A stretch of 63,400 bases of DNA, the filler included, from Octopus bimaculoides (lineage: Eukaryota), in assembly GCF_001194135.2 (NCBI RefSeq). It is 5 parts of 5 records of this genome, joined end to end, with 100 filler letters (N's around TTAATTAATTAA, not from the genome) between each part and the next. Parts side by side here need not be neighbours in the genome. Positions count along the whole stretch, not along the records: positions 35,138 to 61,858 come from NC_068981.1; 4 more parts are not named here. One strand, 5' to 3'. Position 1 is the stretch's first letter. The number at the start of each line of letters is the position of its first letter. The notes under the pieces are model-generated. The model saw nothing but the letters and a program-made list of their open reading frames with translations. It ran no database searches and was not told the origin of the DNA. This document shows positions 41,436-53,784 of the stretch, in pieces. A program made the translations under genes and the position numbers.

Positions 41436-41665
41436 TTAACCCTTTCGATACCAACCCGGCTGAAACCGGATCTGGCTCTGTAGTACAAATGTCTTGTTTA
41501 CATAAGTTCTGAATTAAAATCTTCCACCAAACCTTAGTCACAATTTATGTTCTTAACACTAGCTTAATGATAACTAAGTTGTTTTACTAAGTTCTTTGTT
41601 ATATTTAAAATTAATTGAAAGAAACACAGAGCATTTCAAAATAAATCCAGAAACAAAAGAGTTAA
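41436..41665. mobile_element. piggyBac-type MITE, same family, opposite orientation
   Basis: TTAA-CCCTTT start; reverse-complement match to 51581-51809. Confidence 0.85.
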
Positions 41666-41995
41666 ACTTGCTAAAATAATATTCAAAATGGTTTATATGA
41701 GCAGAAATATAATTTCAATGTGTTCATGGTGTCATAGTTAGAACCTGATCAAAAACTTTGCACTTGAAAAAAGTAGGAGGAGAAAACTTTTCAAATATAA
41801 TAAAAAAGGTGGAAGTATTACAAAAATAAACATTATCTTCCATTTTGCTGTTAGTTTTGTTTCATTTTGAAAAATAGAAATTTATTTTATGGTTTATTAT
41901 TGTTTAGATTTTGAATTACATACATAAGCAGGAAGCCCCAAAATTTTTTAAAGTGCTTTGAGCCTCTAAGGATGTTAATCCAGTTTGTATCTTAC

Positions 41996-42116
41996 CATCA
42001 AGAGCTTTCTCAGCTACTTCAGAATCTGTCCAGAGTTTCTTTGGTTGGGCCTCATGGTACAGAAGTTGTTCGAAAACCATTGAATCAACCAACTTGAGAT
42101 TAGCCACACTGAGGAG
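41996..42116 (-). CDS. Gene A exon 7 LLSVANLKLVDSMVFEQLLYHEAQPKKLWTDSEVAEKALD, phase 0-1
   Basis: Acceptor gcactttcag|, donor G|gtaaga; lies in supplied ORF 41916..42107. Confidence 0.88.
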
Positions 42117-42439
42117 CTGAAAGTGCCACCAAAATATAAACAGTATTCTGAGTATTAAATAAACTTTGAGGAATTTATAAAGTTAAAATTTGAAACAGTT
42201 TAATGGTTCCCGCCCAGGGGTTCTCAACCATTTTTTTTTATCTATGGACCCTTTGATGCCTACTTTACTCGAGTGGACCCTCACAGCCATCCGATGTTTA
42301 AAAAATCCTATTTATATTTTTGTAATTAAATATTATTAGAAACTGTATAAAAAAATTGTAAAAATATTTTGAGTACATGTTTTGGCCCAAAATTGGCCCA
42401 GGCCATGTCTAACTTAATGGCACCACCTAAGAGGATCTG

Positions 42440-42780
42440 TGAATTCATTTTAAAGTCAAATTTTGTGGTATCCTGGCCAATTCAAGTAGGGAGTTGCTGT
42501 CCACTGAGATGTATTTGGTCTCCCTTGAAGAAATGTGTCCAGGTTTCATTTGAGGGTGAAGGGATCTTTTTCTTCTTTGGTTTGTTTTGGGATAATGTTA
42601 AATAAAACAGGGCACGTTGAGAAAAAGAAATTGCGTTGGAGTGAATTTATGTATTGTGAACCTGAATTGTGTAGGGGAGCATATGGCACATGGTCCCAGC
42701 CCTGAATAGATTCTGACTAATGTTAAGGACGTTTGGGCAATGCAAATGATGTAGTGCTCATGATAGCGGTGGAGAGAATA
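42440..42780 (-). mobile_element. CR1/Jockey-group LINE 3' remnant inside a hAT-type MITE
   Basis: LFNIIPKQTKEEKDP..LDTFLQ..DSNSLLE across frameshifts. Confidence 0.5.
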
Positions 42781-43127
42781 AAGTTTGGATATTTTAAGGC
42801 AGTTCCAATAACCAAGATCAATTGTTAATTTTAACAACAAAATCTTATATGTGCCCCCAAGGATCATATGAACCCCAGTTTAGAACCACAGATTTAATCC
42901 TTAAATTTAATCGTTTTTCTAGTAATGATGTTAAATATCAACCAAAAAAACAGAATTGGTATTTTCTGCAAGTCACATTCATTCAGTAAACTTAACATAC
43001 CTCAGCAGAAGATAATTCCAAACATGACATTCCTTAACAAAAGATAGATTCGTATTTAAAGCTGCCATTCATGAATTAAGAGTAATGAAATCTGGAATGG
43101 ATTATATCTGATTTCCACAGTAAATGG

Positions 43128-43333
43128 TTAACCCTTTCAATATGAACCCACCCCAAGACTACTCAATGTCTATGACACAAACTTCTCATTTTACAGTCAA
43201 ACTTTCCATCAAATTCTTTTGTTAATTTATGTTCCAAACACCAGTTTAAAAACGACAAAGTTATCTTGGTAAATTCTTCATTGAAACAAAAGCAGTGTTA
43301 TAAGGTAACAGAAATATGGTAACAAAAGGGTTA
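43128..43333. mobile_element. piggyBac-type MITE, diverged
   Basis: ttaaccctttc...caaaagggtta. Confidence 0.6.
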
Positions 43334-43502
43334 CACCAGGGATTGATAATTCTACACAATATTCTACATTATTATTATCATTATGAAGGTGGCGAACCAT
43401 TAGAATTGTTAGCATGATGGACAAAATGCTTAGCGGCATTTCATCCGTCTTTACATTCTGAGTTCAAATTCTGCCAAGGTTATTATTATTATTATTATTA
43501 TG

Positions 43503-43537
<35 letters not shown>

Positions 43538-43539
43538 AA

Positions 43540-44100
43540 TTGAGTGAGAGAGCAGTGCATGCCATCAAAGTGACACTGGGGTAAAATATACGAAGCCCAA
43601 TATACCCATCATGACAATCCATCAGATAAGGGTACACCAGGCACATGCATCACAACCATTTGTGCATGAGACAGTGATCTCATATCAAGATAAACAACAC
43701 ATGACCTTGCAGGTGGAACCCAGTGAGAATTTTTTTCAGGTCAAGTAGCTCATACCGCTCAAAATGTCTTTAACTCTAACCCTAACCATAACCCTGGTTG
43801 TTTAAGAATGTTGAGCAAAATACCTGTTTCCAGAGATGAATTATCCAAACCCCAAAGTATTCCTCTCAACACATGACTATGATGCTCCCCAACTACTTCT
43901 ACTTGTGATCAGAGATACACAGCCACCAAGGGACATGCTCAACTGGTTAAGGTCAAACAATTGACAAGCAAATCTGTGGTATTGGGCAGAATATTTGCTG
44001 TAGCCCATCTTTTATACCAAGACAAAACAATGTACATGACAACACTTCCAATCAATTAAGATCAGAAGACATGAGAGTCACTACTTGGTACTGCATCTAT
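43540..44100. repeat. Unclassified ~560-bp interspersed element flanked on both sides by (ATT)n
   Basis: Complex sequence with sharp boundaries at attatt runs; no clear ORF. Confidence 0.45.
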
Positions 44101-44576
44101 TATTATTATTTGTAAGGTTCCATTATGACATAACATAAACCAATTAATATTCTGATCGAACTTGTTTTCTCCTTAGCTTAAGAACAATACTGTTTGATTA
44201 TGAAATAAATATTTGAACACTTAAATATCTTTATAATTGCAACTGAGAACTGTTAGTTTAAGATGTGTATTCATGTATAAAAACAGTCTGAAGTTTTTAG
44301 ACAAACATTTTAAATTACTTGTCTGTCTGTCTAGAACTAGATATCAGTTCCATTATCATAGTTGGATTATCACTGAAAAGGTCACACTGCTCCACACACA
44401 CACATCTTAACCAGTCCAATATGTTACGCATTCATGACAAAATAACTACAACTTCTATTGTTTCACTCAGCCCCAGACACTGTTCTAGATTATCAACCAT
44501 CAACTATAATAATACTCTTGTGCATTTTTCCGTCACAACATACGAATGAGAAAGGAAGGGATGAAAGGTGAATAAG

Positions 44577-44696
44577 GAAGGAAGGGGTGATAGATGAATA
44601 AAGAAGGAAGGGGTGATAGATGAATAAAGAAGGAAGGGGTGATAGATGAATAAAGAAGGAAGGGGTGATAGATGAATAAAGAAGGAAGGGGGTGAT
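44577..44696. repeat. 26-bp minisatellite, 4 units plus a partial
   Basis: gaaggaaggggtgatagatgaataaa units. Confidence 0.95.
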
Positions 44697-44849
44697 GGCA
44701 AACTTGGCAGTGGGATGATGGAAGTTCTACATTGAAAAAAAAATCAAACAGCGTTTCAACTTTGTGTGTGTGTGTGTGCATGTAAAAGGGAGTCATGTTA
44801 ATGTGTGTGTGTGTGTGTGTGCAATGGAAATGGGATGGTGTTCAAATGT

Positions 44850-45405
44850 TAACCCTCACAGAGGCGATGACAAGTGACCGAGACCTTTGGAGATGTGCTG
44901 TGCTTGAGAAGACCCGGCAAACCAAGTGAGGCCGTAACCGTGACCTATACCAGTGCAGCATAACCAGCCCATTTAAGGGTACCCTTCAATCATTGGGCAA
45001 TAAACTGCGCTTGCGAAGACCTGTTGAGGCAAGTGAAGTCGTTGTCATGGTCAATGATAGTACTGCCTGATTGGCACCTGTGCTGGTGGGACACAAAAAG
45101 CACCATTCAAGCATGGTCGATGCCAGTGCCGCCTGACTGGTCCTGTGCCGTTGACACGTAAAAAGCATCATTCAAGCATGGTCGTTGCCAGTGCCACCAG
45201 ACTGGCTCCTGTGGCAGTAGCACAAAAAAAATCACCCACTACATTCTCTGAGTGGTTGGCATTAGAAAGGGCATCCAGCTGTAGAAACTTTGTCAGATCA
45301 GATTGGAACCTGGTGCAGTCTTCTGGCTTGCCAGCCCTCAGTCAAACTGTCCAACCCATGCCAGCATGGAAAGCAGACACTAAACGCCGACGCCGACGAT
45401 AATGA
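44850..45405 (+). mobile_element. RTE 3' end
   Basis: EAMTSDRDLWRCAVLEKTR-stop, then the same 3' UTR and tail. Confidence 0.8.
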
Positions 45406-45600
45406 TATANNNNNNNNNNNNNNNNNNNNNNNNNNNNNNNNNNNNNNNNNNNNNNNNNNNNNNNNNNNNNNNNNNNNNNNNNNNNNNNNNNNNNNNNNNN
45501 NNNNNNNNNNNNNNNNNNNNNNNNNNNNNNNNNNNNNNNNNNNNNNNNNNNNNNNNNNNNNNNNNNNNNNNNNNNATATATATATATATATATATATATA

Positions 45601-46455
45601 CTAGGTTTGATCAATAAGTTTTCGGACTGTTGCCATAGTAATGAAGCTAAGGCACACAGAGTGAAGTCGCACGGCACAGATTGACCTTGAATTCTGCTGT
45701 GTTTGTGCACTAAATTTTAACATTCCAGCTGATTTCTGCTGTTTACAGCAGTGCTTGGAAGGAAGGTGTGTAGTGTGTGATTGTCACATTGACCATGATA
45801 GAGAAAGTTGTCATGACGATAGCTGTTCAAAGCCCTACGCAAAGTTGCAGAAAATGTATGGAGAGGAGTGTATGAACCGCACACAAGTGTATGGGTGGTT
45901 CAGATGTTTCCAAGAGGTCGAAAAAATGTCCTGCAACCAGCAGAACTAAGAAAAACGCCGCAGGTGTGCATGCAGCTGTGAGGGGAAATCCATGAGTTAT
46001 CAGAGGATGTGCAGATTAGCTACGGTTCAGTTCAGTCCATTATCACTGAAGATTTGGGTATGAGACACATGTCTGCCAAGTTTGTGCCAAACCTGCTTTC
46101 AGCTGACCAAAAAGACACTTGGGTTTCAGTTTCACAAGATCTCCTTGATTGTGTCGAGAACGATGAAAACTTTTCAAAAGCTTTGCGTAGGCCTCTGAGC
46201 AGGCATTGCCAAGCTTTTGGTAAAATCTGATGCAGATTTTCTGCTCATTTCTCTCTGTCATGGTCAATGTGACGATCACACACTACACACCTTCCTTCCA
46301 AGCACTGCTGTAAGCAGCAGAAGTGAGTTAGAATGTTAAAACTTAGTGTGCCTGCAGAGCAGAGTTTAAAGTCAAACTGTGCCAAGCAGCTTTACTCTGC
46401 GTGCTTTAGCTTCATTACTATGGCAACAGTCCGGATACTTATCGATCAGATCAAG
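45601..46455. mobile_element. Fold-back mariner derivative (two inverted 5' ends)
   Basis: About 250-bp inverted arms including the transposase start MTERNEQKICIRF; interior LQKMYGEECM..VYGWF and LGMRHMSAKFVPNLL. Confidence 0.85.
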
Positions 46456-46664
46456 TATACACACACATATATACATTGACCGCTAGTCCCTAAAGCTTTT
46501 TTTATTCTCTCTCTGTTTATTTTTTCTCTTATTCTTTTCTGTTGAAGAGCGTAGGCTTGAAATGTAAAAGACTTTCTCACCTCCCGAGCGTTTATACACC
46601 TGTCTTTGTCTTTTGTTTTTCTGTAAATTCCAACTATATATGTATATATATCACACATATATAT

Positions 46665-47960
46665 CATCATCATCATCTTCATCATTTAACGTTCGTTGTC
46701 CATGCTGGCATGGGTTGGACGGTTTGACCAGGGCTGGTAAGCTGGAAGGCTGCACCAGACTCCAACCTGATTTGGCATGGTTTTCTGTGTCTTGATGCCC
46801 TTCCTAACACTAACCACTCTGAGAGTATAATGGGTGCTTTTATGTGCTGCTGGCACAGGTGCCATTTGCATGACACCAGTATCTGCCATGACTGCGATTT
46901 TGCTCAGCTTGATGGGTCTTCTTCTTGAACACAACATAATGCCAAAGGTCTGAGTCATTACCTCCGTAAGTCCCAACACTTGAAGGAACTCAGCCATTTG
47001 CCTCCATGAGGCCCAACACTCAAAGGAACTCAGCCACCTTGCCTCCATGAGGCCCAATGCTCAAAAGGAACTCAGCTACTTGCATCCATGAAACCTAACG
47101 CTCAAAAAGAATTCAGCTACTTTGCTCCCATGAGGCTCAACATTCAAGGTTGATTTTCTTATGTGCCACCAGCATGGGTGCTCTTGGTTTGATGAGTCCT
47201 CTTAAGCAGAGCACTTTGCCAAAGTTCTCGATCGCTACTCATTGCCTGTGAGGTTCAAAGTTCAAAGATCATGCTTCATCACCTGGTCCCAAGTCTTCCT
47301 GGGTCTACCTCTACCACAGATTCCCTCCACAGATCAGCACTTCTTTACACAGCTGTCCTTGTCTGTATGTATCACATGGCCATACCAGTGCAGTCACCTC
47401 TCTTGCACATCACATCTGGTTCCTCTTATGCCTAACTTTACTCTCAAGATGCTTACACTCAGTCAAACATGCACACTGATATTGCACATCCAGCGAAGCA
47501 TACTGGCTTCATTTCTCTCAAGCCTACGCATGTTCTCAGCCCATGTTTCACTGCCATGTAGCATAGCTGTTCACACACAGGCATCAAACAATCTGCCTGT
47601 CACTCTGAGAGAGGCCCTTTGTTGCTAGCAGGGGTAGGAGCTCTCTGAACTTTGCCCAACCTAATCTTATTCTTACAGCTATGCTCTCAGAACATCCACC
47701 TCCACTACTAACCTGGTCACCTGGATACCAGAAGCTATCTACTACCTCTAGTCTAGCATGCCCCCTCTGGCAATTGATGGAGTCAATTTTCCACACATGT
47801 TCAGCATTTATTATGCCTGTGCACCTTCCATATACAAAGAATAGTTTCTCTGTTAACCTTCCTTTGATGTTGCTGCACCTTTTGTGTGTCCAAAGCTTAC
47901 ATTGGGTACATCTTATGGAGTTTCTACCTATACCTTTTCTACAGATTGAGCAGGGCCATC
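46665..47960 (-). mobile_element. RTE-clade LINE 3' portion with internal ~41-bp tandem repeats and (GAT)n tail
   Basis: LEVVDSF.Y.GD..S.GGGCSESI..RIRLGWAKFRELLPLL..KGLS; AMLHGSETW; GRGRPRKTWDQV; tail at 46665. Confidence 0.9.
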
Positions 47961-48397
47961 TACCTGAGATATATATATATAGCTCTCCAGCTTACCAGTT
48001 CCAGTCAAACCTCCAATCCATGCCAGCATGAAAAATAGATACTAAATGATGAAGATGATGATGATGATGATATATATATATATTGCCATATATTTTGGAA
48101 TGGTCATTTTCTATGTTTTCAAATAAATATATGCATTACATAGTTATTTTTTACTCGTTTATTATTGTTCTTAATTTCTCTTATGTCCAATGTCTGGAAA
48201 TCTTTTGTTACACATCTGTGATCCCTTCAGCGACCCTTTCCATCCACATGTATCCACATTTCGGCCCCCACCCTCCAGAAATTGCTGGCCTTGTGCCAAA
48301 ATTTGAAACCAATATTAACTAACAAACAGTAAATGCTGGCTGAAGAAAATNNNNNNNNNNNNNNNNNNNNNNNNNNNNNNNNNNNNNNNNNNNNNNN

Positions 48398-48469
<72 letters not shown>

Positions 48470-48851
48470 GATGATGATGATGATGATATATATATATATT
48501 GCCATATATTTTGGAATGGTCATTTTCTATGTTTTCAAATAAATATATGCATTACATAGTTATTTTTTACTCGTTTATTATTGTTCTTAATTTCTCTTAT
48601 GTCCAATGTCTGGAAATCTTTTGTTACACATCTGTGATCCCTTCAGCGACCCTTTCCATCCACATGTATCCACATTTCGGCCCCCACCCTCCAGAAATTG
48701 CTGGCCTTGTGCCAAAATTTGAAACCAATATTAACTAACAAACAGTAAATGCTGGCTGAAGAAAATCAGAAATTATTAGACAGAAGCAATATGGTAAATG
48801 ATGGCACATGTGACTTTACATATTTAGTAAAAGGTTACTGAGCTTACAAAC

Positions 48852-48992
48852 CTCATCTAAGTCTCTCTTGTAGAATTTCTGAGCATAGAACTGGAATGTC
48901 CAGTGAGCAGTCTCATATAATACGTCTGAAATGACTGGATGCAGGATGTCTTCATATAAAATCTCTTTGCAGATAATTCTATTAATCTGTTC
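48852..48992 (-). CDS. Gene A exon 6 EQINRIICKEILYEDILHPVISDVLYETAHWTFQFYAQKFYKRDLDE, phase 0-0
   Basis: Acceptor catatttttgtag|, donor GAG|gtttgt, 141 nt open. Confidence 0.85.
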
Positions 48993-49244
48993 CTACAAAA
49001 ATATGTAAACCTCCATTAACATAAGAGTTTAAATTGTGACATCATTAAATTGTCAATTATGGGGACTGGTTCATTTATTAACAAACCACAAACAAGGACT
49101 TCCTGTTGGTAGTGTTTTAAGTACAGGCACAGTATAGATGAATGGTTAAGAATTTCACTTCATAACCATGGGGTCACAAGTTCAATCTTACTGTATGGCA
49201 TATTGGACAAGTATCATTTTTTTATAGCCTTTGGTGCAGCCATG

Positions 49245-49580
49245 TCTGTGTGGTAAGAAGTTACTTCCTGACCACTGCATGGCACCCTGGGCACGTCTTC
49301 TACTATAGACCCAAGATTCCCAGAGCCTTGGTAGATGGAAACTGAAAGAAGCCCATCATATGTGTGTGTGTGTGTGTGTGTGTGGGGCTGTGCTTGCTCC
49401 CCACCAATGTTTGATAACCGGTGTTGGTTTGTTTACATCCACATAACTTAGCAGTTCAGCAAAAGAGACAGATAGAATAAGCACCAAGCTTAAAAAAAAA
49501 TAACAGGGTCAATTTGTTTGACTAAACTTCTTCAAGGTGGTGCTCCAGCATGGTCGCAATATAATGATTGAAGCAAGTAA
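49245..49580 (+). mobile_element. SINE family A
   Basis: Same motifs, diverged. Confidence 0.8.
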
Positions 49581-50379
49581 AATATAACAGATTAAAGACT
49601 GGATTGATCCAAACATTGTGAGTGAATTTGAATGAATGGAAACTGTACAGAAGCCTGTATGATAAATTCTAATTCAAAGGACAGCTGGTGGAGGTAGCAG
49701 TAGCAGAGGTGATGGTGGTGGCAGCAGCGATGGCAGTGGTGGGCGGTAGTGGTGATCCTGGTGGTAGTAGTGGTGATGGTAGAATGGACATAGAGTAGGC
49801 AGTGGCAGAGGTGTCAGTGATGCTAAAGATAGTGATGGACAGTGGTGGTGGTGGTGGTGGTAACAGTTGTGGCCGTTATGAAGGCATAGTATTGGTAACA
49901 GTGTCGAGATGGTGTTGTCGGGGGAAAGGAATCGTTGTTGTGGTCTACTTTGATATCCTTTTACCACCAGACAACAATAAAGTATTTGTCTTAGCAATCG
50001 AATTCCGTTCAGTCATCGGACATGATCCAACCAGCAACGGTTTTGATCTTTCATATTAGGGAGCCTGGCTTTTCCTGCAATTAGTTTGTTGCTCACCCTT
50101 CCATCCTATTCCATGTGATGTCCATTCTGTCTCTGTCTCTCTCTCTCTGCCTGCCTTTCAATAAACGTACTTGTTAATAATTTCTAATTATATGGACGGA
50201 AATCTAATAGATAAGGGAGGTAACTTCTATAAGCTCCAAGGGAAGTAACTATATTACCTTACCTCCCTTGTGAGAAACGCGGAGAACAAGATTTGATGAC
50301 TCGAATGATGCGAAAGGTAACAATAAAATAATAAATAAAAAACAACAGCAGGTTTGTAATAATCAAGTTACATTTCTGG

Positions 50380-50525
50380 TGTTACTCTGTTCAGCATCCA
50401 TGACTTCCAGAAACATTCCAGAAACACTCAGAACTGTAAAATCATGGAATAAACTAACCACATCAGTTGTTAATTTGTCTGACATGACATCCTTCAAAAA
50501 TTCCCTATTTCCCAAAATTCACCTG
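50380..50525 (+). mobile_element. CR1/Jockey-group LINE 3' remnant
   Basis: RTVKSWNKLTTSVV..MTSFKNSL. Confidence 0.55.
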
Positions 50526-50729
50526 CCATGCCTATCCACCCTTTCTTCTCTTAACACTCTTTTTAATGTTCACTTTTATTCTGTGTGCTATGGGGGTGCA
50601 TCACTTAGTGATTAGGGTATTCAGCTCACAATCGTAAGGTCATGAGTTCAATCCCCAGCAATGAGTTGTGTCCTTGAGCAAGACACTTAATTCATGTTGC
50701 TTCAGTCCACTCAGCTGGCAAAAATGAGT

Positions 50730-51290
50730 TCATCATCATCATCATCATCGTCATTTAGCGTCCACTTTCCATGCTGGTATGGGTTGGAAGGTTTGGCATG
50801 CAGCTGGCTAGCAGGGGAGCTGTCCAGGCTCCAGCTCTCTATTGAAGCATGGTTTCTATGGCTGGATGCCTTTCCTAATGCCAACCACTTAACAAGAATG
50901 TGCTGGGTGCTTTTTACATACCATCCGGTATGGGTATGTTTATGCAGCTCCAGCATGGGTGCGTTAATGCAGTACCGGCATTGTGTGTGCATTCACACAG
51001 CATTGGCGCATGGGTGCATTAATGCTGCACCAGCATGGGTGCTTTTAAAGTGGCACCGACACCTGAAAGGAGAAGCCAGTATATGTGGAAAATGGCCATT
51101 TTACTTAGCTTGACAGGTCTTATCAAGTACAGCAAATTGCCACATCTCCCAGTCCCTTGTCATTTCCTAAATGGGGCCCAGTGTCCAATGTACCTTTCTC
51201 ACTACTTTGTCCCACATCTGAGTCTACCCCTTCCAGAGGTTCCCTCCACAATTAGAGCTCGGCACTTCTTTATGCAGCTGCCCTCATCTA
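50730..51290 (-). mobile_element. RTE 3' end
   Basis: SCIKKCRALIVEGTSGRGR plus shared 3' UTR and (GAT)n tail. Confidence 0.75.
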
Positions 51291-51580
51291 TATACGAGTC
51301 GTATCTGAAATACAGATGGGCTGACGCGAGATGCTTCATCTCCCTGAGAACAACATTAAGAGTACACATGTCTGTGGAGTGCTCAGCCACTTGCATGCTA
51401 ATTTCACAAGAAATTATTCCATTGATCAGATTAAATAGAACCCTCATTATCACAACTGACAGATGCCAGTTATTCTTTGTATTGTGTAATGTACTTCTGG
51501 CTTCCATTACTGTCTTTATGTAGTAATATGTCTGCTTTCTGTCTCCTGACAGGTTGTAGTGCACCTGGCCACTGTAGACA

Positions 51581-52061
51581 TTAACCCTTTCATTACTGTA
51601 TTTCTGTTGAGATGTTCTGTGTTTCTTTCAATTAATTGTAAATATAACAAAGAATTTAGTAAAATAACTTGGTTATCATTAAGCTAGTGTTAGGGACATA
51701 AATTGTGACTAAGGTTTGGTGGAAGATTTTAATTCAAAACTTATGAAAACAAGATATTTGTACTCAGAGCCAGAACTGGTTTCAGCCAGGTTGGTATCAA
51801 AAGGGTTAAGAATTGTTTCTCTATTATATATCTTAACCCTTTTGTTACCATATTTCTGTTGAGATGTTCTGTGTTTCTTTCAATTACTTTTAAATATAAC
51901 AAAGAATTTAGTCAAATAACTTAGTTATCATTCAGCTAGTGTTAGGAACATAAATTGTGACTAAGGTTTGGTGGAAGATTTTAATTTAAAACTCATGAAA
52001 ACAAGACATTAGTACTCAGAGCCAGAACTGGTTTCAGCTGGGTTGGTAACGAAAAGGTTAA
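51581..52061. mobile_element. Two tandem piggyBac-type MITEs (51581-51809, 51833-52061)
   Basis: Each TTAA|CCCTTT...AAA(G/A)GG|TTAA, about 228 bp, highly similar. Confidence 0.85.
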
Positions 52062-52677
52062 GCTCGTTACTGTCACTATTAAGAAAGTTAGAAGAATTGT
52101 CAGGACTAAATGTTTAATGGCATTTGTTCCAGCTTTTTATGTTCTGAGTTCAACTTTGCCTTTCATTTTTTTGAGGTCAATGAAGCAAATACCAGTTGCA
52201 CACTGGTGTTGATGTAATTGACTAAACACCACTCACCCAAAATTTCAAGCCTTGTGTCTATACTAGAAAGGAGGAGGAGGAGGATCATCATCATCATCAT
52301 CATTGCCGTCATCATCATCATCATCATCATCATTGCCATCATCATCATTGCCGTCATCATCATCATCATCATCCTTAAGGCATCAAGCTGGCAGAATTGT
52401 TAGCACATCAGAAAAATTGCTTGGAGGTATTTCTTCTGGCTCTTAACATTCTGTGTTCAAATTCCACCAGAGTCAATATTTTCCTCCTTCCCAGATTGAT
52501 AAAACAAGCATGAGTTGAGCACTTGGCTCAATGTAATTAACTTCTTCTCTCAACCAAAAATTTTTTGTGTTTATAATAGAAAGAATGATTATTATTATTA
52601 TTATTATTGCCTTTGCACAANNNNNNNNNNTTTCTTGTGTTTATAATAGAAAGAATGATTATTATTATTATTATTAT

Positions 52678-52986
52678 TGCCTTTGCCCAAGTTCTAACTC
52701 TGGAGATGTACTGTGATGTCAGCTGTTCGCTACCAGTGAACTAAAGTAACACCTCTTATTTTTCGAACACCTTCCAGAGAATTCGAGCAGTTCCAAGCAG
52801 TGCTGTTTTCTGCAAGTGCTCCACCCTTATTGCATATTTGTTCCACATACTTCTCAAGATTTTAGCTCACTGTTCCCAGGGCTCTGACAATTATTGACAT
52901 TACTACCACCTTTTTCATCAACCACAACTGCTTAACCTCCCAAACTAACCTGTCATATCTCTCGACTTTTCTTTCTTCCTTATTGC
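52678..52986 (-). mobile_element. R4/Dong-clade LINE 3' end, second copy
   Basis: Closely similar to 32093-32400; (ATT)n on both sides. Confidence 0.85.
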
Positions 52987-52990
52987 ATAC

Positions 52991-53027
<37 letters not shown>

Positions 53028-53029
53028 AC

Positions 53030-53262
53030 TTAAGGTGGTGAGCTGGCAGAATTGTTAGCACGCTGGGTGAAATACTTGGCAGCATTTCATCTGTCGCTAC
53101 GTTCTGAGTCCAAATTTCAGCGAGGTCGACTTTGCCCTTTCATCCTTTTGGAGTGGGGGGAAGTCGTCAATGAAATAAGTACCAGTTGTGTACGGAGGTC
53201 GATGTAATCAACTAGTACCCTCCTTACAAATTTCAGGCCCTCGGCCTTTAGTAGAAAGGAGA
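53030..53262 (+). mobile_element. SINE family B
   Basis: Match to 60085-60292. Confidence 0.85.
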
Positions 53263-53579
53263 TTATCATTCAGACTAAATTCTGATGCAGAACGGAATTT
53301 TATCAGTGAGTCCAACCCATGCTAGCATGGAAAGCGGACGTTAAACGATGAGGATGATGATGATGATGAGGTTACAGTCTCAAAGCGATGAAAATATTTT
53401 GGCAAATTAAATTTAAATGTTGAAGTGAATTTAACGGTTTTTGTGTTTCTTAAATGGCTTATAAACACCTTCCACGCTGCAACTGTTTTCGTTCCAGCAC
53501 AGGATCTCAAATCAGGTCACTTGCTATGCAAGTACATCTCCATAAAAAACTCTTTTAATTTTCCTTTAATCATACTTAC

Positions 53580-53658
53580 TTCATTCTTCTTTTGGAAGGT
53601 TCCTTTATCGGTTTTATGATGAGTCAGTTCTTCTTCTTCTTCTTCTTCTTCTTCTTCT
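53580..53658 (-). CDS. Gene A exon 5 (R)E10-LTHHKTDKGTFQKKNE, phase 2-0
   Basis: Acceptor tattgtag|, donor GAA|gtaagt; supplies the phase 2 to 0 switch the model needs; only 27 nt from exon 4. Confidence 0.6.
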
Positions 53659-53685
53659 CTACAATATTAAATATAGGTCTGGTAC

Positions 53686-53784
53686 CTGAGCAGGTCTTTC
53701 ACAAGTTGGGTTATCATCTCATCTACAACTTCATTTAAGATATTACTAAATTGCCAATCAGGAGGTTCAATAGCAAACTTTGAT
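53686..53784 (-). CDS. Gene A exon 4 (R)SKFAIEPPDWQFSNILNEVVDEMITQLVKDLL, phase 2-2
   Basis: Amphipathic-helix-like peptide similar in style to the later exons; pyrimidine tract ends in an unusual GAG acceptor; donor CAG|gtacc. Confidence 0.65.

Noticed and set aside
41930-42110. Plus-strand open frame RKPQNFLKCFEP...
   Set aside because: Antisense shadow of gene A exon 7.
50253-50289. Phase 2-0 mini-exon candidate HQILFSAFLTRE
   Set aside because: It lies in a palindromic repeat-like segment; exon 5 gives the phase switch with better splice sites.
51202-51564. 120-aa ORF that looks like an exon
   Set aside because: It combines a repeat shared with 20690-20790 and an RTE C-terminus.
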